Notes: generated from the letters alone by a model not told the origin. Numbered from the stretch's first letter, positions 48,897 through 59,282 are shown. The stretch is 64,000 bases of DNA from Occultella glacieicola (GCF_004353825.1 NZ_SMNA01000007.1:248001-312000), one strand, 5' to 3'. Translations and numbers: made by a program.

Positions 48897-49691
48897 ATGA
48901 CCTGGCTCGAGGAGCTCAGCCGCACGTTCGCCGAGACCGTGTTCTCCGGTTCGATGCTGGCCGCGGTGCCGATCGCCCTGCTGGCCGGGTTCGTCTCGTT
49001 CGCCTCCCCGTGCGTGCTGCCGCTGGTACCCGGCTACCTCGGCTACGTGGGCGGGATGGTGGGCGCGGACTCCGGCGGACCCACCCGCGGTGGTGCGAAG
49101 GGGTCGAGCGGATCGAGGGCGCGCCTGGTGGTGGGCATCCTCGGGTTCGTCGCCGGGTTCACGTTGGTGTTCGCCGTGATGACCCTGGCGCTGACCTCCG
49201 TCGGCCTGTACCTGTACCGCTGGCAGGACCTCATCACCCGGGTGCTCGGGATCCTCGTGCTGTTGATGGGCCTGGCGTTCCTGGGCGCGGTGCCGTTCCT
49301 GCAGCGCGAGCGCCGGTTCCACATGAGCCCCCGGGCCGGGGTCTGGGGAGCGCCGCTGCTCGGCATCGTGTTCGGCTTCGGTTGGGCCCCGTGCATCGGC
49401 CCCACGCTCGCGGCCGTCCAGGCGCTCGCGATCGACGGCGGCGACCTGGGCCGGGCGATGACCCTGGTGATCGCGTACTGCCTCGGCCTCGGCCTGCCGT
49501 TCGTGCTCGTGGCTCTCGGGCTGAAGTCGTCCGACCGACTGATGGGCTTCCTGCGTCGGCACCGGCTGGCGATCATGCGCCTGGGCGGTGGCCTGCTCGT
49601 GCTGCTCGGCCTGGCCCTGATCACCGGGGTCTGGGCGTCGCTGGCGAACTGGCTGCAGGGCTTCATCGACGGATTCGTGACGGTGATCTGA
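48897..49691 (+). CDS. ccdA: Cytochrome c biogenesis protein CcdA
   Basis: SPCVLPLVPGY and GWAPCIGPTL. Confidence 0.93.
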   Translation: MTWLEELSRTFAETVFSGSMLAAVPIALLAGFVSFASPCVLPLVPGYLGYVGGMVGADSGGPTRGGAKGSSGSRARLVVGILGFVAGFTLVFAVMTLALTSVGLYLYRWQDLITRVLGILVLLMGLAFLGAVPFLQRERRFHMSPRAGVWGAPLLGIVFGFGWAPCIGPTLAAVQALAIDGGDLGRAMTLVIAYCLGLGLPFVLVALGLKSSDRLMGFLRRHRLAIMRLGGGLLVLLGLALITGVWASLANWLQGFIDGFVTVI

Positions 49692-51410
49692 GTGGCCACC
49701 AGGTATGAACCCGAGGGTCTTGCCACGGCCGACGAACGCGTCGATCCGGGCCCGAAGGCCGGATCGCGCGGCTCCGCCGGCGGTACCGGCGCTTCGGGCG
49801 GCCGGGGGAGCGGGGCGCCCCGGGGCGGGGCTGGCCTCGGCGTGCGGGGCTGGCTGCGGTGGATGTGGCGGCAACTGACCAGCATGCGAGTGGCGTTGCT
49901 GCTGTTGTTGCTGCTGGCCGTGGTGGCCCTGCCGGGCGCGTTCTTCCCGCAGCGCAGCGTCGACCCGAACGCGGTGCAGCAGTACTTCCTCGACCATCCG
50001 GACACCGCGGAGTTGTTGGACTCGCTGCATCTGTTCGACGTGTACTCCTCGCCGTGGTTCTCCGCGGTCTACCTGCTGCTGTTCGTCTCCCTGATCGGCT
50101 GCATCGTGCCCCGCACCTGGGTGCACCTGAAGAACCTGCGCGCCGAGCCGTCCCGGGTCCCGAGCCGGTTCACCCGGTTCGAGGTCCGTGGTCAGACCCG
50201 CGCCCTCGGGACCCCGGACGAGGTCCGGGAGCGGCTCCGGGTGGCCCTCGGCCGCCGGTACCGGCGCCGGCTCGCCAGCGAGCGTGGCAAGGCCGCCGAC
50301 GGCGCAACGAGGACCGCGCTGACCATCTCCGCCGAGCGGGGCTACGGCCGGGAGACCGGGAACCTGGTCTTCCACCTGGCGCTCGTGGGTCTGCTCGTGG
50401 TGACCGCGTGGGGGCAGCTCGTGCACTATCGCGGCCAGGTGGTGCTGATCGAGGGGGACACGTTCGTCAACGCGCCGCTCGACTTCGACTCCTTCGACAC
50501 CGGCAGCTGGTTCGGTCCGGAGTCCCAGGAGCCGTTCCGGGTCCGCCTCGACTCGTTCGAGTCCGAGTTCACGGTCGACTCCCAGCCGCGGGAGTTCATC
50601 GCCGGGGTCACGCTGACCACGACGGACGGCAGCACCCGCACCGAGGACATCCGCCTGAACCATCCGCTGGAGACCAACGACACCCGCGTCTACCTCACCG
50701 GGAACGGGTATGCCCCCCGGTTCACCGTGACCGACGGCACCGGCGAGGTGGCGTTCTCCGGGGCCGTGCCGTTCCTGCCCACCGCAGACCCGAACTACAC
50801 CTCCAACGGGGTGGTGATGGTGCCGGACGCGAACGACGGCGAGCACCAGCTCGGCTTCAACGGGGTGTTGCTGCCCACCGCGGCCGCGGACGAGGAGGGG
50901 AACCTGACCGGGTCCGCCTATCCCCAGCCGTTCGACCCCGCCGTGGTCCTGAACGTCTGGGTCGGTGACCTCGGCCTGGACAGCGGCGTGCCGCAGAACC
51001 TCTATCTGCTGGACACCACGGACATGGACCAGGTCACGACCACCGAGGACGGAACCGAGTCGCCCCTGCAGGTGACGCTGCGGCCCGGTGAGTCGGCCGA
51101 GCTGCCGGACGGGCTCGGCACCATCACCTTCGAGGACCTGCCGCGGTTCGCCGCGTTCGACGTGCGCCACGACCCGTCGATCGTGTGGATGGGTGTGTTC
51201 GCCGGCCTCGCTTTCGCCGGCCTGGTGGCGTCCCTGTTCCTGCCGCGGCGACGCATCTGGGTGCGACTGGTGGAGGGTACCGACGGGGCTACAGTGGTGT
51301 CGGCCGCGGCCCTGGCGCGCGGCGACGATCCCGGTCTCCAGCGCGAGCTGGACCGGGTCCTGGCGGTGCTCGACGACGATCGGCCCGCGACGACGGAGGA
51401 GGACCGATGA
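49692..51410 (+). CDS. resB: Cytochrome c biogenesis protein ResB
   Basis: WRQLTSMRVA, SLIGC, GNLVFH, NHPL, DP motifs. Confidence 0.92.
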   Translation: MATRYEPEGLATADERVDPGPKAGSRGSAGGTGASGGRGSGAPRGGAGLGVRGWLRWMWRQLTSMRVALLLLLLLAVVALPGAFFPQRSVDPNAVQQYFLDHPDTAELLDSLHLFDVYSSPWFSAVYLLLFVSLIGCIVPRTWVHLKNLRAEPSRVPSRFTRFEVRGQTRALGTPDEVRERLRVALGRRYRRRLASERGKAADGATRTALTISAERGYGRETGNLVFHLALVGLLVVTAWGQLVHYRGQVVLIEGDTFVNAPLDFDSFDTGSWFGPESQEPFRVRLDSFESEFTVDSQPREFIAGVTLTTTDGSTRTEDIRLNHPLETNDTRVYLTGNGYAPRFTVTDGTGEVAFSGAVPFLPTADPNYTSNGVVMVPDANDGEHQLGFNGVLLPTAAADEEGNLTGSAYPQPFDPAVVLNVWVGDLGLDSGVPQNLYLLDTTDMDQVTTTEDGTESPLQVTLRPGESAELPDGLGTITFEDLPRFAAFDVRHDPSIVWMGVFAGLAFAGLVASLFLPRRRIWVRLVEGTDGATVVSAAALARGDDPGLQRELDRVLAVLDDDRPATTEEDR

Positions 51411-52423
51411 ACAGCGATCTCGGCGACATCAGCACCCTGCTGATCTATGGGGCGATGGCCTCCTACGTGGTCGCGATGATCGCGTTCGCCGTGGACGTCA
51501 GTGCGCTCGGCATCGGGGCCCCGAGGGACCGCCGACGCCGTGCCGCCGGGATCGGCATGGCCACGATGTGGCTCGGGGCCGGGCTCCAACTGGTGGCGAT
51601 CGTGGTCCGCGGACTGGCCGCCGGGCGGGTGCCGTGGGCGAACATGTACGAGTTCACCCTGATGTTCACGTTCTTCGTGGTCGCGATCTTCCTCGGCCTG
51701 CAGACCCGCAGGGACGTGCGCTATCTCGGTGTCGGGGTCTCGATGCTCGCGTTCCTGGCGCTGATGCTCGCCGTCACGGTGCTGTACGTCGAGGCCGACG
51801 GCGTCCAGCCGGCACTGCGCAGCTACTGGCTGGTCATCCACGTGTCCGTGGCCACGCTCGCCACCGGGCTGAGCGGGTTGGCGGCGATGATCTCGGTCGC
51901 CCAGCTGGTCAAGGCCCGCACCGAGCGGGCCGGGGCCCGCGGCGGGCGGGCGCCGGTCACCGCTGCCGCGACGTCCACGGCGACGGCGGAGGTCACCTCG
52001 GGCGCGACGGCGGACCTCGGTCCGGGTGCGACCGCGACGGCCGTCGCCGAGACGACGACGCCGAAGCAGCCCCGCGCGACGTTCGGTTCGCGGATCATCG
52101 AGGCACTGCCGCCGTCGGCCAACATGGAGCGCCTCGCCTACCGGCTCAACGCCGTCGGGTTCGTGGCGTGGACGTTCACCCTCGTGGCCGGCGCGATCTG
52201 GGCCGAGCACGCCTGGGGCCGGCCCTGGGGCTGGGACCCGAAGGAGACCTGGACGTTCGTGATCTGGGTCATCTACGCGGCGTACCTGCACGCGCGAGTC
52301 ACGACCGGCTGGGCCGCGGAGAAGTTCGCCTACTTCGCGCTCGTCGGGTTCATGGCGGTGCTCGCCAACTTCTACATCGTGAACATCTTCTTCAGCGGCA
52401 AGCACTCCTACGCCGGCCTCTGA
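51407..52423 (+). CDS. ccsA: Cytochrome c biogenesis protein CcsA/ResC
   Basis: WWD domain GAIWAEHAWGRPWGWDPKETW, terminal HSY. Confidence 0.93.
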   Translation: MNSDLGDISTLLIYGAMASYVVAMIAFAVDVSALGIGAPRDRRRRAAGIGMATMWLGAGLQLVAIVVRGLAAGRVPWANMYEFTLMFTFFVVAIFLGLQTRRDVRYLGVGVSMLAFLALMLAVTVLYVEADGVQPALRSYWLVIHVSVATLATGLSGLAAMISVAQLVKARTERAGARGGRAPVTAAATSTATAEVTSGATADLGPGATATAVAETTTPKQPRATFGSRIIEALPPSANMERLAYRLNAVGFVAWTFTLVAGAIWAEHAWGRPWGWDPKETWTFVIWVIYAAYLHARVTTGWAAEKFAYFALVGFMAVLANFYIVNIFFSGKHSYAGL

Positions 52424-52454
52424 GCGGGCTCCGAACCCCCCGAGCGTAGGGCCG

Positions 52455-52919
52455 CTACGCGCGGTCCTCGGTGTCGCCGGGGTTGGTGCCGGTGCGGGGC
52501 CCTTCGTGACCGTCGGGGCCGTCGCCGGGTTCCTTGGCCGGCTTCGTGCGCTCGGCCGGCCCGCTCGGCGGCAGCGCCGGGGGAGTGGGCGGTTCCGGGG
52601 CCTTCGTGACCTCCGGCGGCTTCGGCCGGTTGAGCCCGGCCAGGAACTCGGGGTCGTCGTCGGGCGCGACCGGCCGGGACGGACGCCGCTGGCTCCGGGG
52701 TGCGCGGTACTCCTCGGGGCCGGCGTCGCCGCGGGCGGCGACCGGCAGCCGCGACACGACCAGCCAGATCAGGGCACCGACCCCCGGTGCGATGATGATC
52801 ATGGCCACCCAGAGCCAGGTCGGCAGCCCGAGGCGCCGCCGGTCGTCCTCGGTGCGGGTGACGTCGAGAATGGCGTAGGTCATGAGGCCGATGATGGCCA
52901 GGACGAGCAGGAACCTCAT
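52455..52919 (-). CDS. PLD nuclease N-terminal (PLDc_N) domain membrane protein
   Basis: YAILDV..LP.WLW..P.VGAL.W, APDDDPEFL. Confidence 0.8.
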   Translation of the reverse strand: MRFLLVLAIIGLMTYAILDVTRTEDDRRRLGLPTWLWVAMIIIAPGVGALIWLVVSRLPVAARGDAGPEEYRAPRSQRRPSRPVAPDDDPEFLAGLNRPKPPEVTKAPEPPTPPALPPSGPAERTKPAKEPGDGPDGHEGPRTGTNPGDTEDRA

Positions 52920-52925
52920 TGTCAG

Positions 52926-52935
52926 AGCCTACGCT
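52926..52935. promoter_or_regulatory. Bidirectional overlapping -10 elements
   Basis: TAGGCT (minus) and TACGCT (plus) share a TA; each is 6 nt from an ATG. Confidence 0.7.
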
Positions 52936-52941
52936 GAGTCC

Positions 52942-53388
52942 ATGGCTCTCCTCATCTACAGCGTGCTCCGGATCCTGCTGGTGGTCGCCGCCGGTGCCGT
53001 GCTGTATCTGCTCGGCCTGCGCAGCTGGCTCCTCGTGCTGGCCGCGGTCCTGGTCGGTGCGGGCCTGTCCTACGTGCTGCTCGAGGGGCCACGTCGAAAG
53101 GCCGCCGATGCGGTGGCCGCGCGGCGGGCGGGCGGGGACCGGTTCTCCCGGGCGCTCGCAGACGAGGCCGCGGAGGAGGACGCGGAGGCCGATTCGATGG
53201 CCAGACTCAGGCGGGAGGCTCGATCGGAGCCCGTCCGCTCAGGCGGTGCCGAGGAGCAGGGCGGCCAGCAGGACCAGGCCGAAGGCGAGCTCGAGGAGTC
53301 CGGTGTCCCGCAGGACTCCGATGAGGTCGCGACCGGTGGCCCCGCCGAGGACCCGGCGCGCGAGGATCACGACCACCGGCGCCAGTAG
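52942..53388 (+). CDS. DUF4229-like membrane protein
   Basis: YSVLRILL, two TM helices, LSYVLL, DEAAEED; position beside menA. Confidence 0.75.
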   Translation: MALLIYSVLRILLVVAAGAVLYLLGLRSWLLVLAAVLVGAGLSYVLLEGPRRKAADAVAARRAGGDRFSRALADEAAEEDAEADSMARLRREARSEPVRSGGAEEQGGQQDQAEGELEESGVPQDSDEVATGGPAEDPAREDHDHRRQ

Positions 53389-54117
53389 CAGGAGCAGCAG
53401 CGCCCACGGGGTCCACGCGGTCACCGCGAGCCCGGCGAGCAGCGCGCCCACGACCATCGCCACGTAGGCGCCCCGCGCCCGCCGCACCCCGAGCCGGACG
53501 GCCAGGGTGCGCTTGCCGACGCCGGCGTCGGTGGGGATGTCGCGGATGTTGTTGGCCATCAGGAGCGCGCACGCGAGCAGGCCGATCCCGACCGCACCGA
53601 GGACGGCCGGACCGGTGATCCGCAGCGCCTGCGAGTAGGTGGTGCCGAGGGTGGCGACCAGCCCGAAGAACACGAACACCGCCACCTCGCCCAGGCCCCG
53701 GTACCCGTACGGGGAGCGTCCGCCGGTGTAGAACCAGGCGGCCACCACGCAGACCACCCCGACGGCCAGCAACCACCACACCCCGGACACCGCACACAGC
53801 GCCAGCCCGAACAGTCCGGAGACCCCGAACGCGCCGAATGCCGCGGCCTTGACCCGCTTCGGCGGGACCGCACCGGACGCCGTCAGCCGTTGTGGCCCGA
53901 CCCGGACGTCGTCGGTGCCGCGGATGCCGTCGGAGTAGTCGTTGGCGAAGTTCACGCCGACCTGCAGGGCCAGGGCCACCCCGGCGGCCAGCAGGGCGCG
54001 CAGCACCGACGCCGAGCCGACGAACGCGGCCGCGCCGGTGCCGGCCAGAACGGGTGCGACCGCCGCCGGCAGGGTGCGCAGCCGGGCCCCCTCGAGCCAG
54101 TCACTCACCGAGGGCAT
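53239..54117 (-). CDS. menA: 1,4-dihydroxy-2-naphthoate polyprenyltransferase
   Basis: RLRTLPA, NFANDYSDG, NNIRDI, GKRTLAV. Confidence 0.95.
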   Translation of the reverse strand: MPSVSDWLEGARLRTLPAAVAPVLAGTGAAAFVGSASVLRALLAAGVALALQVGVNFANDYSDGIRGTDDVRVGPQRLTASGAVPPKRVKAAAFGAFGVSGLFGLALCAVSGVWWLLAVGVVCVVAAWFYTGGRSPYGYRGLGEVAVFVFFGLVATLGTTYSQALRITGPAVLGAVGIGLLACALLMANNIRDIPTDAGVGKRTLAVRLGVRRARGAYVAMVVGALLAGLAVTAWTPWALLLLLLAPVVVILARRVLGGATGRDLIGVLRDTGLLELAFGLVLLAALLLGTA

Positions 54118-54323
54118 GCGGACTCCGTTCCTGTGGGCAGGCACCCGGGATGGAGTGCGCTAGCGAGGATATAGCGCCTGGTCTGTGGCATGAGCATCTA
54201 CCTGGTGCCCCATCCGTAGGCGACGCATCACGTCGACGTCGCCCACCTGAGCCGGACCGCCCACCTCACGCCGTAGGCAGCGGAACCGTCGAGGAGCCGA
54301 CCCCGAGAGGCGACGCCGCCCGG

Positions 54324-55505
54324 CTAGCCGTGCTGCTCGCCCAACCCGGCGGCGAGGTCCGCGGCCGCGCTCGCGGCCACGGCCCGCCGGTCCACCTTGC
54401 CGGGTCCGCGCAGCGGCAGTCCCGCGCGCACGAGCAGGGCGCGCGGCGCCGCCGGGCCACCGCCGGCAGCGGCTCGCACGGTGGCCAGGTCGGGCGGGGC
54501 GACGCCGGGCCGGGGCACCACCACGGCCGTGACCGACTCGCCCCATTCGGCGTCCGGGACCCCGACCACGGCCACCTCGGCGACCGAGTCCAGCGCGGTG
54601 ATCGCCCGCTCCACCGCGGCCGGGTGCACGTTGAGGCCCCCGGTGACCAGCACGTCGTCGACGCGCCCGAGCACGGCGAGGGTGTCGCCCTCCAGGGTGC
54701 CGGCGTCCCCGGTGCGCAGCCACCGGCGGCCCGCGAACTGCACGAACGGGTCCGGACCGTCGTCGAGGTAGCCGTCGGCCAGCACGGCCCCGGCGAGGTG
54801 GATCCGGCCGTCGGCGGCCAGCCGCACGTCGACGCCGTCGAGCGGGACGCCGTCGTACACGCAACCGCCACAGGTCTCGGTCATGCCGTAGGTGGTCACC
54901 ACCGGGATCCCCGTCTCCCGGGCAGCGGCCAGCACGCCTCCCGCGGTGGCCGCGCCGCCGACGAGCACGGCGGCGCAGGTGCGCAGGAGGTCGACGGCGG
55001 AGCCGCCGTCGGTCAGGACCCGCACCAACTGCGTGGGCACCAGGGAGAGGTATCGGGGCACGTCGGTGCGCATCGCGCGCAGGCCGGCGGCCAGGGCCGC
55101 CGGCGTGAACCGGCCGGGGCGGACCACCACCGGGACGGTCCCGGCCAGGACCGAGCGGATCAGCACCTGCAGGCCCGCCACGTGGTCGGTCGGCAGGGCG
55201 AGCAGCCACTGCCCCGGTCCGGACAGTCGGGCCTCGGTGGCCGCCGCGCTGGCCCGAAGCGCCGCCGCGCCGAGTGCGACCGGGCGGCCGACGCCGCTGG
55301 TCGAGCCGGAGGTGGTCAGGATGGCGGCGGTGCCGGACCCGGCTCGATCGGCGACCGCCGTCGTCGTCGGGGCGTTCGTGACCGCCGGGCCGGTGCCGTC
55401 GAGTGCCGCCGTGATCGCCGCGAGCAGGTCGTACGGCACCGGGGCCGGCCGGTCGTCGGGGCCGGCTGCGGGACCCGGTTGACCGGGGGTGGTGGATGCG
55501 GGCAC
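54324..55505 (-). CDS. menE: O-succinylbenzoate--CoA ligase
   Basis: TSGST, SLVPTQL, TYGMTET, TGD, GKVDR; men cluster context. Confidence 0.88.
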   Translation of the reverse strand: MPASTTPGQPGPAAGPDDRPAPVPYDLLAAITAALDGTGPAVTNAPTTTAVADRAGSGTAAILTTSGSTSGVGRPVALGAAALRASAAATEARLSGPGQWLLALPTDHVAGLQVLIRSVLAGTVPVVVRPGRFTPAALAAGLRAMRTDVPRYLSLVPTQLVRVLTDGGSAVDLLRTCAAVLVGGAATAGGVLAAARETGIPVVTTYGMTETCGGCVYDGVPLDGVDVRLAADGRIHLAGAVLADGYLDDGPDPFVQFAGRRWLRTGDAGTLEGDTLAVLGRVDDVLVTGGLNVHPAAVERAITALDSVAEVAVVGVPDAEWGESVTAVVVPRPGVAPPDLATVRAAAGGGPAAPRALLVRAGLPLRGPGKVDRRAVAASAAADLAAGLGEQHG

Positions 55506-55561
55506 GGACCCAGCGTAGGAGGCGGCCGGTCGCTCCCGGCACTGGGGCTAGAGTAAGCGCG

Positions 55562-56635
55562 ATGTTCAACGCGACCAGAGCCGGGATCCGGCGCAGGAAC
55601 GCCATCGGGATCCTCGCCGCCGCACTCCTCGTGCTGGTCGGATGCTCGGGGCAGCCCGAGGAGCCCGCCACCGAGATCGTCGAGGTCCCGCCGGAGGTGG
55701 TCGTCGCCAAGGCCGCCCCGCCGGAGCCGGCCGCCGTGATCGGCTGGCCGTTGACCGGCGTGCCCGGCGAGGTGGTCGAGCGCCCCGCGATGTCCATCAA
55801 GATCGAGAACTCGAACGCGTCCCGCCCGCAGACCGGGCTGCAGGCGGCGGACGTGGTCTGGGAACAGATGGTCGAGGGCGGCATCACCCGGTTCAACGCC
55901 GTCTACCACTCGACGCTCCCGGCCGAGGTCGGCCCGGTGCGGTCGGTGCGCCCGATGGATGCCGGGATCTCCGCGCCGTACGGAGGCCTGATCGTCTTCT
56001 CCGGAGGGCAGTCCCCGTTCGTGCAGGCGGTGCGGGACGCCGGACTGCAGGTGCTCAGCCACGACGGCGGCCAGGCCGGCTTCTACCGCACCCCGGACCG
56101 GTTCGCACCGCACAACCTGTACGGCACCCCGCAGGAGTTCCTCGACCAGGCGGACGACTCGCACAGCGCCCCGCCGCCGGAGCAGTTCGCGTTCGCCCGG
56201 ACCGCCGAGGCGGCCTCGGCGGTCACCGCGGGAACCGCCGCGGGCTCGATCGCGGTGCACTTCCCGCAGGCGCACCCGGGATGGACCTGGGACGCCGGGC
56301 AGGGGCTCTGGCTGCGCACCGAGGACGGTGCCCCGGCCACCACGAGCGACACCGGGCAACTGACCGCGGTGAACGTCGTGGTGCTGCGCGTCGACGTCGT
56401 CACGACCTCCTACACCGACCCGAGCGGCGCCTCCGTGCCCGAGACCGTGATGGCCGGCTCCGGGGAGGCCGTGGTCGCCACCGGCGGACGAACGATCACC
56501 GGGACCTGGACGAAGCCCGACGACGCGTCGCCGGTCACGTTGACCACCGCCGACGGTGCCGTCATCAGGTTGGCCCCGGGCAACACCTGGGTCGAGCTGC
56601 TGCCGACCTCGACCGGATCGATCTCGATCGGCTGA
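55562..56635 (+). CDS. DUF3048 family lipoprotein
   Basis: Lipobox LVGC, KIENS..RPQTGL, VEGGITR, GPVRSVR, APHNLY. Confidence 0.85.
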   Translation: MFNATRAGIRRRNAIGILAAALLVLVGCSGQPEEPATEIVEVPPEVVVAKAAPPEPAAVIGWPLTGVPGEVVERPAMSIKIENSNASRPQTGLQAADVVWEQMVEGGITRFNAVYHSTLPAEVGPVRSVRPMDAGISAPYGGLIVFSGGQSPFVQAVRDAGLQVLSHDGGQAGFYRTPDRFAPHNLYGTPQEFLDQADDSHSAPPPEQFAFARTAEAASAVTAGTAAGSIAVHFPQAHPGWTWDAGQGLWLRTEDGAPATTSDTGQLTAVNVVVLRVDVVTTSYTDPSGASVPETVMAGSGEAVVATGGRTITGTWTKPDDASPVTLTTADGAVIRLAPGNTWVELLPTSTGSISIG

Positions 56636-56715
56636 CGTCGCGCCACCCCGCCGCAGGATCCGGCAACGCCGCAGAGCCCGTCCACCAGGCACCACCCGAC
56701 CACAGGGAGAATCCC

Positions 56716-57483
56716 GTGTCCGCACCCGTACGCATCGCCGCCCAGCTCCAACCACAGCACGCCCCCGACTACGGCCTGATCCGCGACGCGGTGCTGCGCG
56801 CCGAGGACGCCGGGGTCGACATCGTCTTCAACTGGGACCACTTCTACCCCCTCAACGGGGACACCGACGGTCACCACTTCGAGTGCTGGACGATGCTCGG
56901 CGCCTGGGCCGAACAGACCGAGCGGGTCGAGATCGGTGCGCTCGTGACCGGCGGCGGATACCGCAACCCGGACCTGCTCGCGGACATGGCGCGCACCGTG
57001 GACCACATCAGCGGCGGTCGGCTGATCCTCGGCATCGGGGGCGGCTGGAACGAGAAGGACTACGAGAACTACGGCTACGAGTTCGGCACCCCGGGCACCC
57101 GTCTGGACCTGCTCAAGGAGTACCTGCCCCGGATCCGGTCCCGGTTCGAACAGCTGAACCCGGCCCCGGTGCGCGAGATCCCGATCCTCATCGGCGGGGG
57201 AGGGGAGCGCAAGACGCTGCGCCTGGTCGCCGAGCATGCCGACATCTGGCACTCCTTCTCGGATCTGGAGACCCTGCAGCGCAAGGGCGGCATCCTCGCC
57301 GACCACTGCGCCGACGTGGGCCGGGACCCCGCTCTCATCTCCCGATCGACCTCCTGGCCGGGCGCGGACGAGGCCGAGCAGTACGTGGCCGAGGGGGTTC
57401 GGCTGTTCACGATCGGCGTCAGCGGACCCGACTACGACCTGACCACGGTCCGCGACGCGCTCGCCTGGCGCGACGCGCGTTAA
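56716..57483 (+). CDS. LLM-class, probably F420-dependent, oxidoreductase
   Basis: WDHFYP, YRNPDLLADMARTVDHISGGR, IGGGGE. Confidence 0.88.
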   Translation: MSAPVRIAAQLQPQHAPDYGLIRDAVLRAEDAGVDIVFNWDHFYPLNGDTDGHHFECWTMLGAWAEQTERVEIGALVTGGGYRNPDLLADMARTVDHISGGRLILGIGGGWNEKDYENYGYEFGTPGTRLDLLKEYLPRIRSRFEQLNPAPVREIPILIGGGGERKTLRLVAEHADIWHSFSDLETLQRKGGILADHCADVGRDPALISRSTSWPGADEAEQYVAEGVRLFTIGVSGPDYDLTTVRDALAWRDAR

Positions 57484-57578
57484 CGCACCGACCACAGCCG
57501 GCACCCGGCCGTTGCGAGGTCGCCCCGCGGGCGGTCGCCCCGAGCAGTCCGACGGGACCGGGCCCCGACCACCCGAGG

Positions 57579-59282
57579 TCAGTGGCCGCCGTCGTGCCGG
57601 TACAGCCGCGCCTCCTCCTGGTCCAGCAGGTGCTCGGCCTTGGCGAGCGAGGTCGAACGGTGCACCCCGAGCGAGCGTGCCTCGATCAGGGCGGCCCGCT
57701 CGGCCTCGAGCACCCGTCGGCGCAACCGGACGTACACGGCGTGCGCGCCGCCGTCGCCCCCGGTCTCGCGGACCGCTGCGGCGCGCAGCACGCTCTCCGC
57801 GCGGACCCTGGTCAGGATCGTCGGCTCCACGGGCTCCTCACCCTCCAGCGCGGTGTCGCTGACGGTGGCCAGCCCGGTGGTGCTGATCTCCTCGAGCAGC
57901 GAGGCGAGGTCGTCGCGCTCACGCTCGGCGCTCGCGCCGGTGACCCGAAGTCGGCCGATCAGGGCGGGCAGGGTGCCGCCCTGCAGCAGCAGGGTCACCA
58001 GGGCGACCGTGAACGCGACCAGGATCAGCTGGGGCCGGTAGGGCAGGTCCCGGGGCAGCGACTGGGCCGCGGCGAGCGTGACCACACCGCGCATCCCGGA
58101 CCAGCCCAGCACCACGCCACCGCGCCAGCCGAGGCCCTCCGCGGTGAGCGAGTCCACGTCCGCGCGACGGCGCGCCAGCATGCGGCTGATCCGGGACGCT
58201 CGGGCCCGCACCCGCGGATCGTCCGTCGGGGCCCCGCGCAGCCGGTCGAGTGCCTGGTCCAGGTAGACCCCGCGGGTCTGCGCCCGGCGCGCGTCTCGGC
58301 GCAGGCTGGCGATCAGCGGCACCATGAACGCGAACCGGACCACGATCAGCACGGCCGTCATGAGCAGGCCGATCAGGACCGCGGAGCCGACGCCGAGGTC
58401 GTCGTCCTCGACCTGCACCACGAGGGTCGCCACCTCGGTGCCCATCAGGAGGAACACGCCGTTCTCGAGGATGAACTGCACCGTGCGCCAGTTCAGGCGC
58501 TCGCTGATCCGGTCCTGGGCGGTCAGCCGGGTGGCGCTGCGATGCCCGGCGACCAGCCCGGCCACCACCACGCTGAGCACCCCGGAGGCGCCCAGTTCCT
58601 CGGCGGGCAGATAGGCGATGAATGGCACCGCGAACGAGATCGAGGTGTTCAGCACCGGGTTGTTCAGCCGCGCCCGCACCGCGACGGTTGCGAACCCGAT
58701 CGCGATCCCGACCCCGATGGCGACGGCGACCGCGAACACGAAGTCACCGACGAATCCCCACAGCGAGACCACCCCTGCGGTGGCGGCGATCGCGGACCGA
58801 AGCAGCACCAGCGCGGTGGCGTCGTTGACCAGGCCCTCGCCCTCGAGCACCGTGACGAGCCGCCCGGGCAGCCCGAGCCGCTTGCCGATGGCGGTGGCCG
58901 CCACCGCGTCCGGCGGGCTGATCACGGCGCCGAGCGCGAACGCGGCAGCCAGGTCCAGGTCCGGGAAGATCAGGTAGAGCAGGTACCCGGAGACTGCGGT
59001 GCTGAGGATCACCAGCACCACCGAGAGCCCGGTGATCGCCTTGAGGTTGCGCCGGAAGTCCATCAGCGGCACGTTCACGGCCGCCGAGTACAGCAGCGGC
59101 GGCAGCACCCCGACCAGGATCCACTCCGGGTCGACCTCGACCGAGGGCGCGAACGGAAGGAAACTGAACAGGCTGCCCACGACGATCAGGATCAGCGGCG
59201 CGGCCACCCCGAGTTTCGGCGCGAACCTCGCCACCAGCACGATCGTGACGATCGCGGCGACGGCGGCGAGTGCGTACTCCAT
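57579..59282 (-). CDS. Cation:proton antiporter, CPA1 family
   Basis: LPPLLY, SPPDAVA, GEGLVNDA, GMRGVVTLA. Confidence 0.92.
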   Translation of the reverse strand: MEYALAAVAAIVTIVLVARFAPKLGVAAPLILIVVGSLFSFLPFAPSVEVDPEWILVGVLPPLLYSAAVNVPLMDFRRNLKAITGLSVVLVILSTAVSGYLLYLIFPDLDLAAAFALGAVISPPDAVAATAIGKRLGLPGRLVTVLEGEGLVNDATALVLLRSAIAATAGVVSLWGFVGDFVFAVAVAIGVGIAIGFATVAVRARLNNPVLNTSISFAVPFIAYLPAEELGASGVLSVVVAGLVAGHRSATRLTAQDRISERLNWRTVQFILENGVFLLMGTEVATLVVQVEDDDLGVGSAVLIGLLMTAVLIVVRFAFMVPLIASLRRDARRAQTRGVYLDQALDRLRGAPTDDPRVRARASRISRMLARRRADVDSLTAEGLGWRGGVVLGWSGMRGVVTLAAAQSLPRDLPYRPQLILVAFTVALVTLLLQGGTLPALIGRLRVTGASAERERDDLASLLEEISTTGLATVSDTALEGEEPVEPTILTRVRAESVLRAAAVRETGGDGGAHAVYVRLRRRVLEAERAALIEARSLGVHRSTSLAKAEHLLDQEEARLYRHDGGH

